Part shown: positions 1 to 12,882 of the stretch, in pieces | How positions within the stretch are numbered: position 1 is the stretch's first letter | Layout: each line of letters begins with the position of its first letter | Source: Sphagnum compactum | Lineage: Eukaryota | DNA length: 64,000 bases | Reading direction: 5' to 3' | Assembly (NCBI GenBank): GCA_965153455.1 | Contig: OZ234494.1 | Location: 5,394,001-5,458,000, forward strand | Position numbers and translations under genes: made by a program | The notes under the pieces: generated by a model | What the model was told of the DNA's origin: nothing | What the model saw: only the letters and a program-made list of their open reading frames with translations | Database searches by the model: none

Positions 1-85
1 TTGGATCTATTTGTCTATTTGCAATAAACGTATTCACATGGTGTGTCACGATGCCCACTGCTGTGTTTTCATGTTTTACTTATAG

Positions 86-821
86 ATGGATATGTTGGCG
101 GCTTTGGAGCTGACACGCATAGACGAGTATACCATTGCTCATCATGAATCATACGTCGGCTTGGTAACGGCCATTGTCGATTTCTACATGGTAATGAAAC
201 AAACATAAACCACAGGCCCCGGTTCCTGCACCATGTTCTGTACAGCTGCCATCATTCCAAACATACTTGCTTCCTGCAGGTTCATGAACACACTAAAACA
301 GGCAGTTTGCTCTATCATTTCTTTTCTTCTACTTCTTTCAGGCCGATGCTGATATCCAAGTGAGAAACCCGACGATTGAGAGGATAGAAAGGACTTTCGC
401 TGATTTGGCGAGGCCATCAACCGAGGGAGCAAAAAATTCTAAACCTTTTGTTGCTTCATCGAACCTGAATGATATCATGGTATGTGCTCCCCATGTATTC
501 CAGATGATCTCTTATTGCAAGTGGCATTCGACTCTTCTCATATAATCAGTGTTTGATTTGCATTGAGATGCTAGCCTGGGAGTACACTTCAGATCATACC
601 CATGGAAGTCGTTAGTCTATTGTGCTTCGGGCAGCGTACTATCTCATGTGTGTGACTGATTGATTTGGCAGTACATCTACATCAACACCTACATGTGGCA
701 GACTCAGCGGCTAAGGACCTTCAGAAGCTTGAGTGAAACAAGGGAGCTGTTGCAGAATCCACCAGCATTTTCTGTTAACATGCCGCCACCACCACCAGGT
801 ATAGTTCCTCCCAGCCCATGA
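86..821 (+). CDS. Spliced gene of unknown function (may extend upstream of the window); Pro-rich C-terminus
   Basis: Three phase-0 exons with AG/GT borders: 86-190 (MDMLAALELTRIDEYTIAHHESYVGLVTAIVDFYM), 342-479 (ADADIQVRNPTIERIERTFADLARPSTEGAKNSKPFVASSNLNDIM) and 756-821 (NPPAFSVNMPPPPPGIVPPSP*). The last exon is the least certain. No family recognised. Confidence 0.6.
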
Positions 822-984
822 GCTAAACTTGAAATGTAGAAAAGATCACTCTAGAAGCTGATGATTTTTTGTGCTGTTTTCTTGACACTCCTGATTTTGT
901 ACAATGTAACGGATCCCTAAAGTGTCTTCATTGGGATTTTTTTAGGTTTCATAGATGCAGCAGGTGGAATCGTGTCTTCTGGAG

Positions 985-1317
985 TTACACCCTCTGGTAT
1001 AAGGTATTGGGAGGTGGGTGGGCCTTCAGGAGAGGCTCCAGGGCCACCTCCAGACGAAGTTGTTCCAGGGCCACCTCCAGCAGAGGAAGACGAGAAAGAC
1101 TTTCCAGGGCGTAATCCTGGAAAGCGTCCAGCTGCTTGAAGGAGACCCCGGTACTAGCTTTTTCACAAAACACAGTCTGTTCCCGCTTTTGAGTTGTAGA
1201 AGGCGGTGGACATAAGCTGTAGTGCATTCGTGATCCATGTATTCTTGTTTGCAGAAGGATGTCACGAGGATTCAGAACAGTGCACATTGAATCATCATTT
1301 GCAGGATCTGCAAACAA
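985..1317 (-). CDS. Possible terminal exon or short ORF of a convergent minus-strand transcript
   Basis: 110-codon open frame with a TTTGCAG acceptor near its 5' end and an in-frame duplication with a 27-bp period (LEVALE twice). No recognisable domain. Confidence 0.3.
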   Translation of the reverse strand: MFADPANDDSMCTVLNPRDILLQTRIHGSRMHYSLCPPPSTTQKREQTVFCEKASTGVSFKQLDAFQDYALESLSRLPLLEVALEQLRLEVALEPLLKAHPPPNTLYQRV

Positions 1318-2989
1318 TTAATTTAGACATGAATTTTTGTGATGCCATTGAAATTTCTTGCTTGCTGAAGAAGTTCCTGATGCAACAATTCTATGTACTT
1401 CATGAAATGCTTATAGGTCTGATCATACATGAGCAATTGAGGCTGATTTTCTCTTGATTTCCAGTTTATTAACACACAGTCATGATGCATTGCTCCCCTC
1501 AAACAAAGCAAAGATCTTGCACTAGGGTTTAGTTCTTTGTTGCTTGCTGACAACAGATTTCCAAGCTAACAGAGCATATTATGCAAGATAAAATAGGCGA
1601 GGGTCTGGTGGACATTCAGCTTCTTATAGACATCCAATGACTGCACATGGATCATAGACATCTCATGACATCCTCAGATTTGCTATTAATGCCGTTATAA
1701 GACTTGAGGAGATGAACATTTTTCTAAGATTTTCTTTATCTCCTCCTGGAAAAGCAGAATCTACATGCATAGAACCTGCTGCACGTACATTCATGATCAT
1801 ATGAAAGTTTTGTAAAATCCCCATATAGTTCAGAGTCATCAATTTTCTAAAGAGGGATCATGCATTTAGTTGGGTGTAGCAGAAGGCTAATGACCATGTA
1901 TTGATCTGCAATCCCCACTAGAAGTATCCTGCTGCTGTAACAAAAACCAGCTATGACCAAAACAAAGACAAAGAGCTGGGACATTTCACAAATGCAATAA
2001 TAATGTAGTTGTACTCAGGTTGAATCCAAGTCTAACGTCGAAGAAGCTCATGAATCCCTAAAATCAATTTATACCAGTGATCCATGGCACCATTGCATAA
2101 GCAGAATTCTGCTCAGGAACTCATGAGCATTTTCACATAACAGCTCAAGATTTTATTTTCTTCTGCGGAGCCGCCAAGAACAACAACGTTTCTAGACCAC
2201 CAAGTAGAACCTTGCTGCAGCGTGATGCAGGAATTAGCTTTGTAACGGCTTCTTGTCAATTAATACTGCTAATTATGTAGGGTCCATTTGAAGAAATGCA
2301 GGAGGTAGCAGGAGATCAGATGCGTAGCGACGCCCAATTTGGTTAGTTATTTTAATCTCTCCCTCGTCTGAGTCCCTAAATTTTCAGCTAATTTCCGTCA
2401 CTGCTGCAAGGAGATTCCACTACTCAACTGTAATCACTTGCTTGCTTTCCTTTGCCTTAATATTCCAGTGTAGCTGCAGGCCCACAGGAGATGCGTAATT
2501 ATGTATATTTTGCGTGGTATCTCAATTAATCTCTCGTCTTTAGAACTTTAATTTCCGCAACTAATCCAGATTCCACTAAACTCAATTTTATCTTAATTCT
2601 TACGTTATGCAATAGTGATATCCGAACATGCTTGACTTAATAAGCATCGAATCCTATGCAGCATAGACTGCGCAACCCACTAAGAAAACAAATGAACTTT
2701 GCGTGGCAAATTGAGTATCCAGGAAACAACGCTACGTAAAACAACAAATGAATTTTGGGTGGCAAATTGAGTTTCCGGGAGACAGCAACAACGCTAGGTG
2801 AACTGTTAAATTCAATTGCATGGGCCATGATGATGAGACGTAGTGAGTTTCCGCCATTTTGGCTATAAGCCCCCCTTAGCTCTAATTCAATCCGCTACAT
2901 AAAAAACACAGAGATTCTCCTAAAGGCATGATGATCTCGTTGGTTGGGTTAATGGAGGGATTCCGTATTACTCTATTTACCATATTAAT

Positions 2990-3355
2990 TACTATTCAAG
3001 AAGTCAACGGCTCCGCCGCAAAAAACACATTTTGTCTGGCGTCACGCTCACGAGTCTCGACACTTCGTACTACCACGCTACGTAAAACGGTTAAAATCCT
3101 CATCCGATGCACGGCTGCATGATGAGACCTTTGACGCCCACCCGCACGTGAGTTTCTGCGTACCTTACACGAGCCGAGAGACTCTGTCGGTCGGCTGGAG
3201 GGGGCGTGAGACCTTTGGCAGGAGCGTGGAGCTCTCAGCACCACATATACATTGTCGGCGAATCGTGCACATTGTCTGTGGCGGCAAGAACGTGCAGAAC
3301 CACGTAGACATTGTCAGAGGTTGCTGGAGCGTGCCGTAGGCGTGCATTTACGAGA
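2990..3355. promoter_or_regulatory. CpG-rich island with several ACGT-core boxes (G-box/ABRE-like)
   Basis: Sharp rise in GC and CpG against a CpG-depleted background; contains CACGTG, CTACGTAA, GAACGTGC and CCACGTAG; no convincing ORF. Confidence 0.4.
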
Positions 3356-4991
3356 CACTTTATGATATTGTAAAGTTCATTACTCGGACACTGTAACAGT
3401 TATCACTAAAACATTTCTCAATTGCATTTAATTTAGGAATTGGGAAAAAATGTCTTTGGGTCACGGGCAGCGTATTTTCGTCACCTAGCAACAAACGAAT
3501 ATTTTGGATTTTGAGGGGTTTTTAGTGAAAATTCCACTGATTTTGCTATAAATTGGAAAAAATCATCAAATTCTTGGAACCACATAATTGAAAAGAAAAA
3601 CACTGCTCACAAGTGACGTACGATTTCACATTCCACTTTGATTTAGTTGTTGATTTTTGACACATGACATATGCATTCTTTCTGGTCGTTCATGACAAGT
3701 TTCCATAACTAGGATGACATATTCGAGCACTTAGTTATGGATAAAGTTCTTGATAGTCTAACAAATGACTCACATAAGTTTTCTTTTTTTGGTGTAAAAA
3801 TACCTCTAATAATGTATTCCTACACATGAAATATAATGCAAAGCTTATCTCAAATTTTTGAAATCTAGTAATGTTGTATGATGGAATCAAACAAATTCAT
3901 GTTATAAAATCATAAGTTCATTATTACGATTTTAATACACAATGTATCCATAAATATTTCATTAAAGAGTAGATTCTAATTGGTTTTGCCTCCAACAAAT
4001 ATTGTTGCATATTATGACATTGGGTAAAGCTAGATAGCATTATGAATGCCCATGATATCCAAAATTTATTCTACCACATACATATATAAAGTTTATAAAC
4101 AACCATGTACCTTTGTTATCCCACTAATGATGACATATTTACAAGTAAGTACATAACTCTCTTCAATCATAAGAATGATTTGTAGCCAGTTAGAGTGCTT
4201 CACAATATATAATTTACACATAAGTTGGGTTATTTTGGAATTGAATTACTCATCAAGTAGCTGATTCTAAAACGTCCACAATGGTTTTCCCCAAAAGTTT
4301 CATCCACAAAATCTATTCAGCAACCAAATTCCTCCTCTGTAACATTGTTCACAATAGTCTCATCCCCAAAGTTTGCATATGTTTCAATGTTTCCATGTGT
4401 TCCCAAAAGAATTCCCGCTTATCTGCTGAAGAGAGTTGAATGCTAAATGTGTGAACTATACTTATCCAGTTCATGCACAAATGTTAGGCACCATCTACTA
4501 GGTCTAATACAGGCAAAAGATTGGTTCAATTTCCTAATGCATTTCAAGGGCACATTATCTCCATGAATATCCCTCCTAAAAAACTAGAGGCGGCATGTTA
4601 TGCCTACTCCTCACAAGTGAAGGGGATCTAGGTGTAAGATCCCTCCCACTCTTAAAGAGTAGGTGAAAGGACCCTTGGGCCCCTCCTATGCCTCGTGATC
4701 TTTGTACATTTAGGTTCCTGATAACCTTTTCCTGGTGCTTTACAGTGTGTAAAGTCCCATGTTAGGAGACATTCCCAAAATGCAGGCAGGACCTGGCTAC
4801 CGCCTCATTCTAGGACCCTTACTTTGGAAATGCCCCTAGGCCAGAGGCTTTTCCATAAACTTTGGGTTAGAAGGATGAAACAAAAAAACTTGGCAGTGGG
4901 GTTCTTGCTTCTTACTGCTGGGTAGGGCTACTTATCATGTTGAAGATGTGTTACTGCCAATTACGCAAAAGAAATGATAATATTGGACTAC

Positions 4992-5113
4992 GTAACCAGC
5001 TCGAGCAGCCCAGTTGCTGGAAAAAAATGAGCTGCTCCTCCTGGTTACCGGGAAAATACTCGCCATGGGAGCGGCTCATTTTTGCCGGTAACTGCCTGTT
5101 TGAGCCATGTTAC
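4992..5113 (+). ncRNA. Candidate pre-miRNA-like hairpin
   Basis: GTAAC/GTTAC, GCTCGAGCAG(4999-5008)/CTGTTTGAGC(5096-5105), CAGTTGCTGG(5011-5020)/CCGGTAACTG(5085-5094) and AAAAATGAGCTGCTCC(5023-5038)/GGAGCGGCTCATTTTT(5068-5083). All five non-WC pairs in these helices are G-U on +. Confidence 0.5.
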
Positions 5114-5992
5114 AGGACATAACCAGTGACTCAACAGATGGGATTTCACCTGCCTGTAACTAATGACTACTTGGACATCTTGGATGAATGTTGTTGTCAC
5201 TGTCTGCATAACCCCCCTGCATCCATCTGGCCAACCCAGTACACAGCAGATACAGGTTGTAACCTGAGACCTCTCCGCCAATGGGGTGACGCCACATCAC
5301 CGATTTCCATGGAGGAACCAGTTATATTTCATTATTTATCAATCTTTTAGCGAAATGAAAGTAACTGGATATATGCTCTAGAACCTCCAAAACTGCTACT
5401 CAAGATCACTGAGAAAAAAAAATAAAAAATTGCAAGCCTTGTGGTCATGGAAAAACATATCACATTCCTGTGTGAAAAGTACATGTATTGTCATGTCTAG
5501 CACATGAACTTTCCCATCTAAAGTTGCGCTGTAACCAGAAAAATATGTTGTCACTTGTGTATATGAGTGGTTCAAAAACATTGGATAGTTCAAAATTTTA
5601 TCCTCACAAGTTGAGTGCACCGGTGAAACATTGGCTAGTGGCTGGGTTAAGATGAGAGAAGACCCTAATTAAGCATCCAACAATTGGGTGGTCTGGAACA
5701 AGATAACTCATAAGATACAGTGTTGGGTAGCCTAAACTATAATGTCCTGGTCAAGGAAAATATTAAACAGGCCAAAAATGAATGCAGTCAGTACAAAAGG
5801 TCAAGTATCCCTCACCTCTCCCCAAATCAATTCCAATGGATTTCCAGTGTTGACATTAGTGTTTCATTCTATTTGAATTTACATTATTGATCCTAGAGGT
5901 AATAAATAACAACCTGGCCAGGTCCCAAAGTTTCCACTTCAAAAAAAACTCTGAAAATGGTTGAAAAAAGTTTTATCCTTGTATATGAGGAC

Positions 5993-6240
5993 CAGGGGTT
6001 TTATTTTCGCAAAATAGTGTTTCTTGAGTTTTTTAGTCACCAAATTTCAGAAAATAATCTCTCAATTCTTTTTCAAAGATCACCAGATTCTATCCTAAAT
6101 AAAAATAGGTAGCCAAAACTATAGAAGGATGCTAGATTTTTTTCCACTTTCATATTTTCTTATCACCAAATCTGGATAAATTGTCTTATGGATGACTGCC
6201 ATTTCAACTATATCACAAAATTGAAAAAAAAAAAAAACCC
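5993..6240. mobile_element. Copy of an abundant short MITE-like repeat (end motif GGATGAT.GCCA....ATCACAAAATTGAAAAAAAAACCC)
   Basis: The same end motif, or its reverse complement, recurs near 3570-3605, 21590-22060, 32480-32540, 33040-33180, 34285, 38365-38540, 42860-42910, 43580-43630, 55980-56060, 61330 and 63170. Confidence 0.6.
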
Positions 6241-6590
6241 TCATGAGGATGTAATAAATTGTTGCCTTCTTTATGTATAATACCATACCTTGTTTTAATA
6301 TATAGATCTAGCATAGAAAGGCCAATGAAAGTTTAAGTCATACACATCCATACCATCTTTCTGTCAATTAATGCCAAAATTCTATCATCTAAATGCATTG
6401 TATTGCAATGACACAACATTCGAACTAAGAACCCACTTTTTGGGGACACCATTATCCAACCCTCACTACTATAAAAATAGGTTTTTTACTAGATTTTTTA
6501 ATTAAAATAACCCCAAATGCCAAGCAACAAAACAATCTCCTTATCCATTTAAACAAGAGAATTTGGACTCACCATCATGATTGGGGTGAT

Positions 6591-7135
6591 TGTTGAAGGT
6601 AGATTTTACCAAAACCAATATTTTATCGATATTTTATTGAATTCTATTTTTCCTTATCGAATTTTCCCTATCGAATTTCTTTTACCAAATTTATTTTACC
6701 AAAATTGATTTGTACTACCGGTTTACATTGTGTATATTTAAGATCAATTTTTTTGCATTAAGCTAACTACATGTTCCACCATTTTTTACTTCTTTCTTTG
6801 AAGTACTTAATGTTTTGTCCCTTTATGGATTGTAGAGGAGAATTTTTTTTTGAAGTAAAATTATTTTATCTTGCCATATTTTTGGACGTAGAATCCTATG
6901 TGTAGTTATTTGTATGTTGGGAATATTTTGACTTTTGGTATGTGAATATTTTTTTTTGCATGTTTGCTTCAAGTTTGTTTCTGTAGGAAGTTATTGAGGC
7001 TACCCTATTGAGATTGGATAATCCCCCTTTGTGTCGAAGCTTTTTGCTTACCTAAGGAAAGTAATAAAATTTTATTTTCTACTCCCTTATTTTATTTCCT
7101 TTCAAAACCCAATAGTTCACTGAATGGCCTTAACA
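6591..7135 (+). repeat. LTR of a Ty3/gypsy-type retrotransposon
   Basis: Starts TGTTGA and ends TTAACA; preceded by purine-rich TGGGGTGAT and followed by PBS-like TTTGGAGACC; gag lies downstream. Confidence 0.55.
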
Positions 7136-8065
7136 TTTGGAGACCAAACCGCGGAATTTGAATCCAAAATTCTGGTTCATTATCATCCCTATTTGGTCAA
7201 ATATTGGTTAGAGCTATTTGATTATACCAAAGCAAACCGCGGATTAATTGTTGTTGTTGTTTGACAAATAGAATAAAAATCCAAAATAACTTGTAGATTA
7301 CAACTTTTTGGTAATCAATTACATTATGCCAACAATATTAACAAAAAGTATGAAGAAAATAATGGAGCAGGTTTTGCAAAAAGTGCTGAAGTAAGCCACA
7401 TAAGTAACTTAGAATGACTGAAGCAGTCCAAGATTGACCCAAAGGAGGTTGTGACATTTCACAATGGGGAAAAAATGAATTGGAAGATGTTACTAAAAAT
7501 ACCAAACCAAAAATTATACGACCTACCGAAAATCGTCCACCAAAATTGCAATGCATTAAGACCGAACCAAAAATTCCATGGGAACAGATTTGGGACCCTA
7601 CCAAAAAAAAAGTATTTTGGTACTATGAAATCGTTGTGATAAGTCCACATGCCAAAGAGAACAAAATTGATTGACTCTAAAAGCGAATTGATGAACTATG
7701 CTGATTTTTGGGAAGGAGCCTTTTGATGAAATACAAAATGTGTAGTCCTTGAGGATGAGCATTTCAGATGAAAAAGAGTTCGATCAGGAAATTTTGATAA
7801 CCCCTATTTTTAATATTCATGCGTTTTTAGCAAGTGTATTTTTTGTCAAAGTTTGGGTCACCAAACCAACAATTGTCCTTATTGGTCTAATAATGTTCTT
7901 CCTACACACATAGTACTAATGAATCATAGACCGTATCTGGTAGCATTACTTGTTCAAAATTCAGTTCCAAACATTTAGAATTCAGTTTATCGTTTAACAC
8001 TACCAATTGTAGCTTGTAGACAGCCAATTATTCCACCTAATTTTATTTTCCTTACCAGAAATGTC

Positions 8066-9262
8066 ATGGAGCAAAATCCGATAGGTTTTCCAAGTTCAAT
8101 GTATCTCATGTTGGACCTTATACAACAATTTTTGGCTTTGGTTACGGGGGCATAGGGAGTGTTCCTACAATGTGGCCTCCTATCTTCGATCCCTTCATTA
8201 ACCCCACGGCATCACCAAAGCCAGTTTCAAGAATTGCACAAACTAAGATTATAACAGATCATGGGGAACCTTCAAATGAAGATGAGGACTATTCCAAAAG
8301 AAAACACAACCCTAGGATGCCACGAATTATTCCTACCAAAAAACTATACCATGACCAAAAAGGAAGACCATCCCCGATTGGAGATGTTGGTAGATAGTCG
8401 ACTTGTGGACGAACTATACCTATCAACAACGACAGTGGTGGACTTTGAAGTGGAGGTGGTAATGGGCTTCCAAGAGGTGGTGGTAGTGTTCCTCTAGAAG
8501 GTGGCGATATCAAACCCCCAAAAGACTAAAATCCAAGACTGTACGCTACAAGACTAACAGGGTCATGGATAGGGCCTACCTAGAATCCATGGTTACCATT
8601 CATGGTATCTTGTCCAACCCCCTATAACACCAAATCCTCCACCAAGTGAAAAATCCTTACCCTACCCCATTTACATTACAAGAATGGATTTGGATGCTCA
8701 TGTACGTGTTTTTTGCAAGGCCATTCATGCCAATAAAGAAAAGAATGAGGCTAATATCGTCAATCTGTTCTGTTTTCCATTTCACGATGCCATATTCGAA
8801 TGGGGAGAGAATTTTCCGAGAGCCCGTCTAGTTTGCAAATTTGAAAAGCTACAGGTTGCATTTTGTAAATGTTATCAAAAAGTACAAACAGATGAACAAG
8901 TGTACATGTCATTACGAATGATAAATCAAAGTGACAACGAGAAAGTGGAAGTATACTATGAGTGTATATTGAAACTAGCAAATTGCCTTTAGCATCAAGT
9001 AGATGATAATTTGCTGACCATTTTTTTTCAAGCATGTTTACAACCATATCTCTAGATGGCCACAACAGGGATGAAGAGGGACACCTTGTTCAAACATAAG
9101 GAAGCTATTATCACTTATGAAGAAAGTATAAGAAACGCCAATGAATACTAGAAATTGCTTGAACCACCAACTAAGCAAGAGAAGGCTAGCAAAGGAAAAA
9201 GAATAGATGTGATATGTGGTCAATGCAATAAACTGAGACATTCCAAGGACGTTGCCATTGGT
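8066..9262 (+). pseudogene. gag: Degenerate Ty3/gypsy gag (retrotransposon gag domain plus CCHC zinc knuckle)
   Basis: DLDAHVRVFCKAIHANKE...NLFCF...FEKLQVAFCKCY...Q..NEKVEVYYECILKLANCL, with stops, then CGQCNKLRHSK(fs)RCHW; Pro/Gly-rich segment upstream. Confidence 0.85.
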
Positions 9263-10793
9263 AGGTTATGATAACCTTTTCTAGCAAACTATTAGATATT
9301 AGATATTATATCATGGAAGACCCATGGATAATTGCAAAAAAGACCCATGGATGGGTACATTGAAAGGATAATAGTCCAATTGAAATAGCAAAGTTTACCA
9401 TAAATGGTCTCCATTCCTTTGTTCATGTGGTAGAATATACTACCTTTCATTTATAGTTGCAAAACCAATTACATTATCGATTGGATGACATTGTTCATTT
9501 TTCATTTACATTTTCAATGAAAATCATATTAGTTATAAGTTGTAGTCACATCTACATTAGAATTTGGTTCAACTTTTCCTATAGTTGCATATGCGACTAC
9601 AACAAGTTGCAACTACATGGACATGTAGGATTGACACATTGCTAGTCATAAAATTAGTTGGTTTGGACATAGGCGCATAATAGTTGCAAAAATATGGTCA
9701 GAATGGACAACATTTCTTCTAATGGCAATGGATGCACTCCAGACTTCACTTCACCATAAAGTGATGACCTTAAAATCCAGAAAACATGGTATTAAGAAAG
9801 ACTTGGACTTTTTGGAACTAGCTTTAGTGGCAGTAGAAAAGATGGTGGATGATTAGAAAAATAAATTGTCCGATAAACCCAATAAGGATGATGGTGTTAC
9901 CACAAGTAGCCTAAGCAAAGGTAAAGGGTCTAAATACACAAGTAATGACAAACATGTTGTTGATTCTCCTACCAAAAAATTAAAAAAAATCAAAAAGCCG
10001 GTTGCAACAAGGGTTTCAACAATAAATAATATAAAGGTTGCCTAGACTAGGAGTCTATTGAGACTTGGTAATTACCACCCTTCCATTTTTCATTTCATTA
10101 TTGATGGGGTTGTAATTTGAATCTTTTACCATATTCCTCTTGTAACAACAACATTACACATGTGGAGCATGGACAATTGGAAGATTTCAATTGCTTTGTT
10201 TATTGGTTGATTGTAGGTAGTTGTTTAGTTCTAGAAAGATTTTTAATTTAAATGGGTCCAAGTATGGTTAGGGTGTCAAAAAGGATTGTTTTGCAGAAAT
10301 ATGCAATGTAGTCCCCCAATTAGTCTCGTCTTAAAGATTTTGAAGCACATTTATATTGCAAGTTTTATTTGCTTCATACATACATATTTATTAAGGTAAT
10401 ATTCTTTGCATGACCTTTTTAGTTTGAAGAAATGTAAAGGTTCCTTACAAGTCTTGGAAAAAAATTCAGGACACATGGTTTTTGAATGAAATATGGTTCA
10501 AGGACTCGTTGGGAAAGTTAAAATGAATTTTTTTTTCCCAAGCTTTATAGCACAAAGACCTTAGGTGTTAAGGTTTACAAAACAATCAATTGCCACAAGG
10601 ATCCAATGCCCTGTACTTTTGCACAAGACTCCAAACTTTCGAATTTATAGGTCTTTGGGGCCATTGAAAAAACAAGTCCCAAAATTTATTTTTTTAAAAA
10701 ATTTCTTTCATAGGTGAAAATAATTTATACTTTAGACATTGGTAAAAAAAAGGAAGTATTTATTTCATTTAACAATAAAATGGAATGGGGATT

Positions 10794-11561
10794 TGTTAAT
10801 GGGAAAAATGTAGTTTAGGATTTGTACTTACGGTTTTTTGACTTTGTAACCGAAATCAAAATTAGATAATCGAAATTGTAAATGGACTACCGAAATAAGA
10901 ATGAAATAAATGTATATTGACTACCAAAACCAGAATTACCTACAGAAACAAATTAGGTTGTTGACCACCATAAGTTAAGTTGAAATCGGAATTGACCACC
11001 GAATTGTGTCACCCAACCAAATTTTTTTGACTAGTAGTTTAGTTCCAATTACTTTGGTTTGACAGTCAATTAGGACTTAACGGACTTCTAGTTTATTTTG
11101 GACTTTCTTTGCCTTCTTAGGGTATTTAAAGAAGACCATCTTGATCCTCTGATCCGTTCTTTTGACATCTTTTGTACCTCTTTGAGAAAACCTAAAATCA
11201 TGTTTGGTTCTATCTATCTTTCTAAATATAAAAAGAGTTCTTTTTGAATCTTTGTGAATTTTTTTGTTTAAAAGTGTTTTTTACAAGTGTTTTCCATTTA
11301 CCATCTTCTAGATTATGTCTTTCTAGATTGTTGTTTAGATCACACTTAAATAATATCAAGTGTTATCTTATCACATTATTGCAAATACTTTTTAGTATTT
11401 ACTAGAAAATCAAGTATACCTTCATACTATTTGTATTTAGACGCATACTATGTATTTGTATTCACAAGGTATTGGGAAAGAATAGTATTTCTTTCTCCCA
11501 ATACCAAATTTCTCCATCAAAAACTAAACAACCACCTAAGATACTTTGGGTGGCATTAACA
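10794..11561 (+). repeat. Second, diverged LTR
   Basis: PPT-like TGGAATGGGGAT directly before TGTTAA; ends TGGCATTAACA followed by TTTGGTGACC, matching the TGGCCTTAACA-TTTGGAGACC end of the first LTR. Confidence 0.55.
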
Positions 11562-12119
11562 TTTGGTGACCAAAAAAAAACGCTACTGTTGAAATGAAGA
11601 AACGTTTCTTCCTAAAGGTTTTTGTTCAAGAGGAAATAGTGCTAGGGTTGGTGATGTTTGATCACGTCGCTCATCCATAATGAAGATGGTCAAGTGACTC
11701 TTGGAATCGGTGAAGAACTTCGGATTCATTTCGTTCTTGTTTCTGTGAAGAGTTTAATAGGTGCCATTTTCCTAAAAGTTACACCACTAGTTCTAACGAT
11801 TGGTTGGCATAGTTGCAACCGAATTAAGCTCCAAGTTTGGAGCTATTTAGTTATTTATGGTACAACTACCAGATAACTGATTTTGGCTTTCGGGATTTAA
11901 ATCAAAAGTGGGTGGACGTGGGGACTATTGCTATTGCCTTAGAATCACCTTTGAGTGGCGCATTGACTTCACCTTCACTTTGCACGTCTTCTTCGAATGT
12001 TTCCTCAGAATCCACTTCGGTGTGCTAATCTTCATCCATTGGAAACCAATGTTGAAAAGCAATGTCGAAAACTTGGGTGGGTGCAAATTCAGTAGGCCTG
12101 CCAACTTTTGCTTTCTTTG

Positions 12120-12650
12120 AAGGACCGGAAATGTCCCTCAATCACCTATGTAGGTTGTTCATCACAACCTTAGCCCAATTGATCTGGTGGTTCTGCTAAC
12201 TTAAAACCAACAACAACAAATTTTTTTTGCTCATGTATGTGGCTCTAGTTCCCTTTAACCATAATGCCTGCATGAGGGCCAATACCTCGAGAAAATACTT
12301 CCCCCGAAAACCAAAAACTTGCGAACTCTCGTTTTTGTTCCAAAACTCCTGATCAATAAACTTCAAACAAAACTTGTTTGCTTCATCCTTGAGCATTGTT
12401 GGTGGCGCATGGATTCCCGAGACAAAAAGGTGCAGCATCTCTCCCACAATTTTGGTAGTAATAACTAATGAAATTCCTTTGATTTCTGCCTTGATTCTTT
12501 TTAGGTTGTAATGCACAACCCCATGGAAATTTTTTGAATCACTAACCGAAATGGCTACAACCGGAATTGTTCCAGACCGGAAAGCCCCACCTTTTTTGCC
12601 CACAATATATTATTGAGTTTTCTACCATTTCTTTAGCTGATCCATCACTA
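12120..12650 (-). pseudogene. Antisense accessory ORF remnant of the Tat/Athila type (putative plant transposon protein-like)
   Basis: AEIKGISLVITTKIVGEMLHL, then after a frameshift INWAKVVMNNL; resembles motifs of plant Ty3 accessory ORFs; lies next to an LTR. Confidence 0.5.
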
Positions 12651-12882
12651 GATATGAAAATGTCTTTCTGAAAAATGAAACTACATTATTTTCTTTCCCT
12701 TTTTCCTTCCCAACTGGATTCGGTTTCAGAATGACCAAATTTGGTTCTTCTTCTCATCATCTTTTTCTCTGCTCTACTTCCTCTCGTTCTACTGCTCATT
12801 TCTTGCATTTTTTCTTTGCTATTAGTTTTTCATTGTAAAATGTCTTTTTTCTTCACATGAAATTACATAGTAAGAAAATGAA

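Noticed and set aside
4981-5113. miR159/319 or another conserved miRNA
   Set aside because: Only TTGGACT matches; the mature sequence is absent.
4300-5400. Group I or group II intron as the explanation for the structured island
   Set aside because: No convincing P7 pairing or domain V; GAGCCATG at ~5102 is only a loose resemblance.
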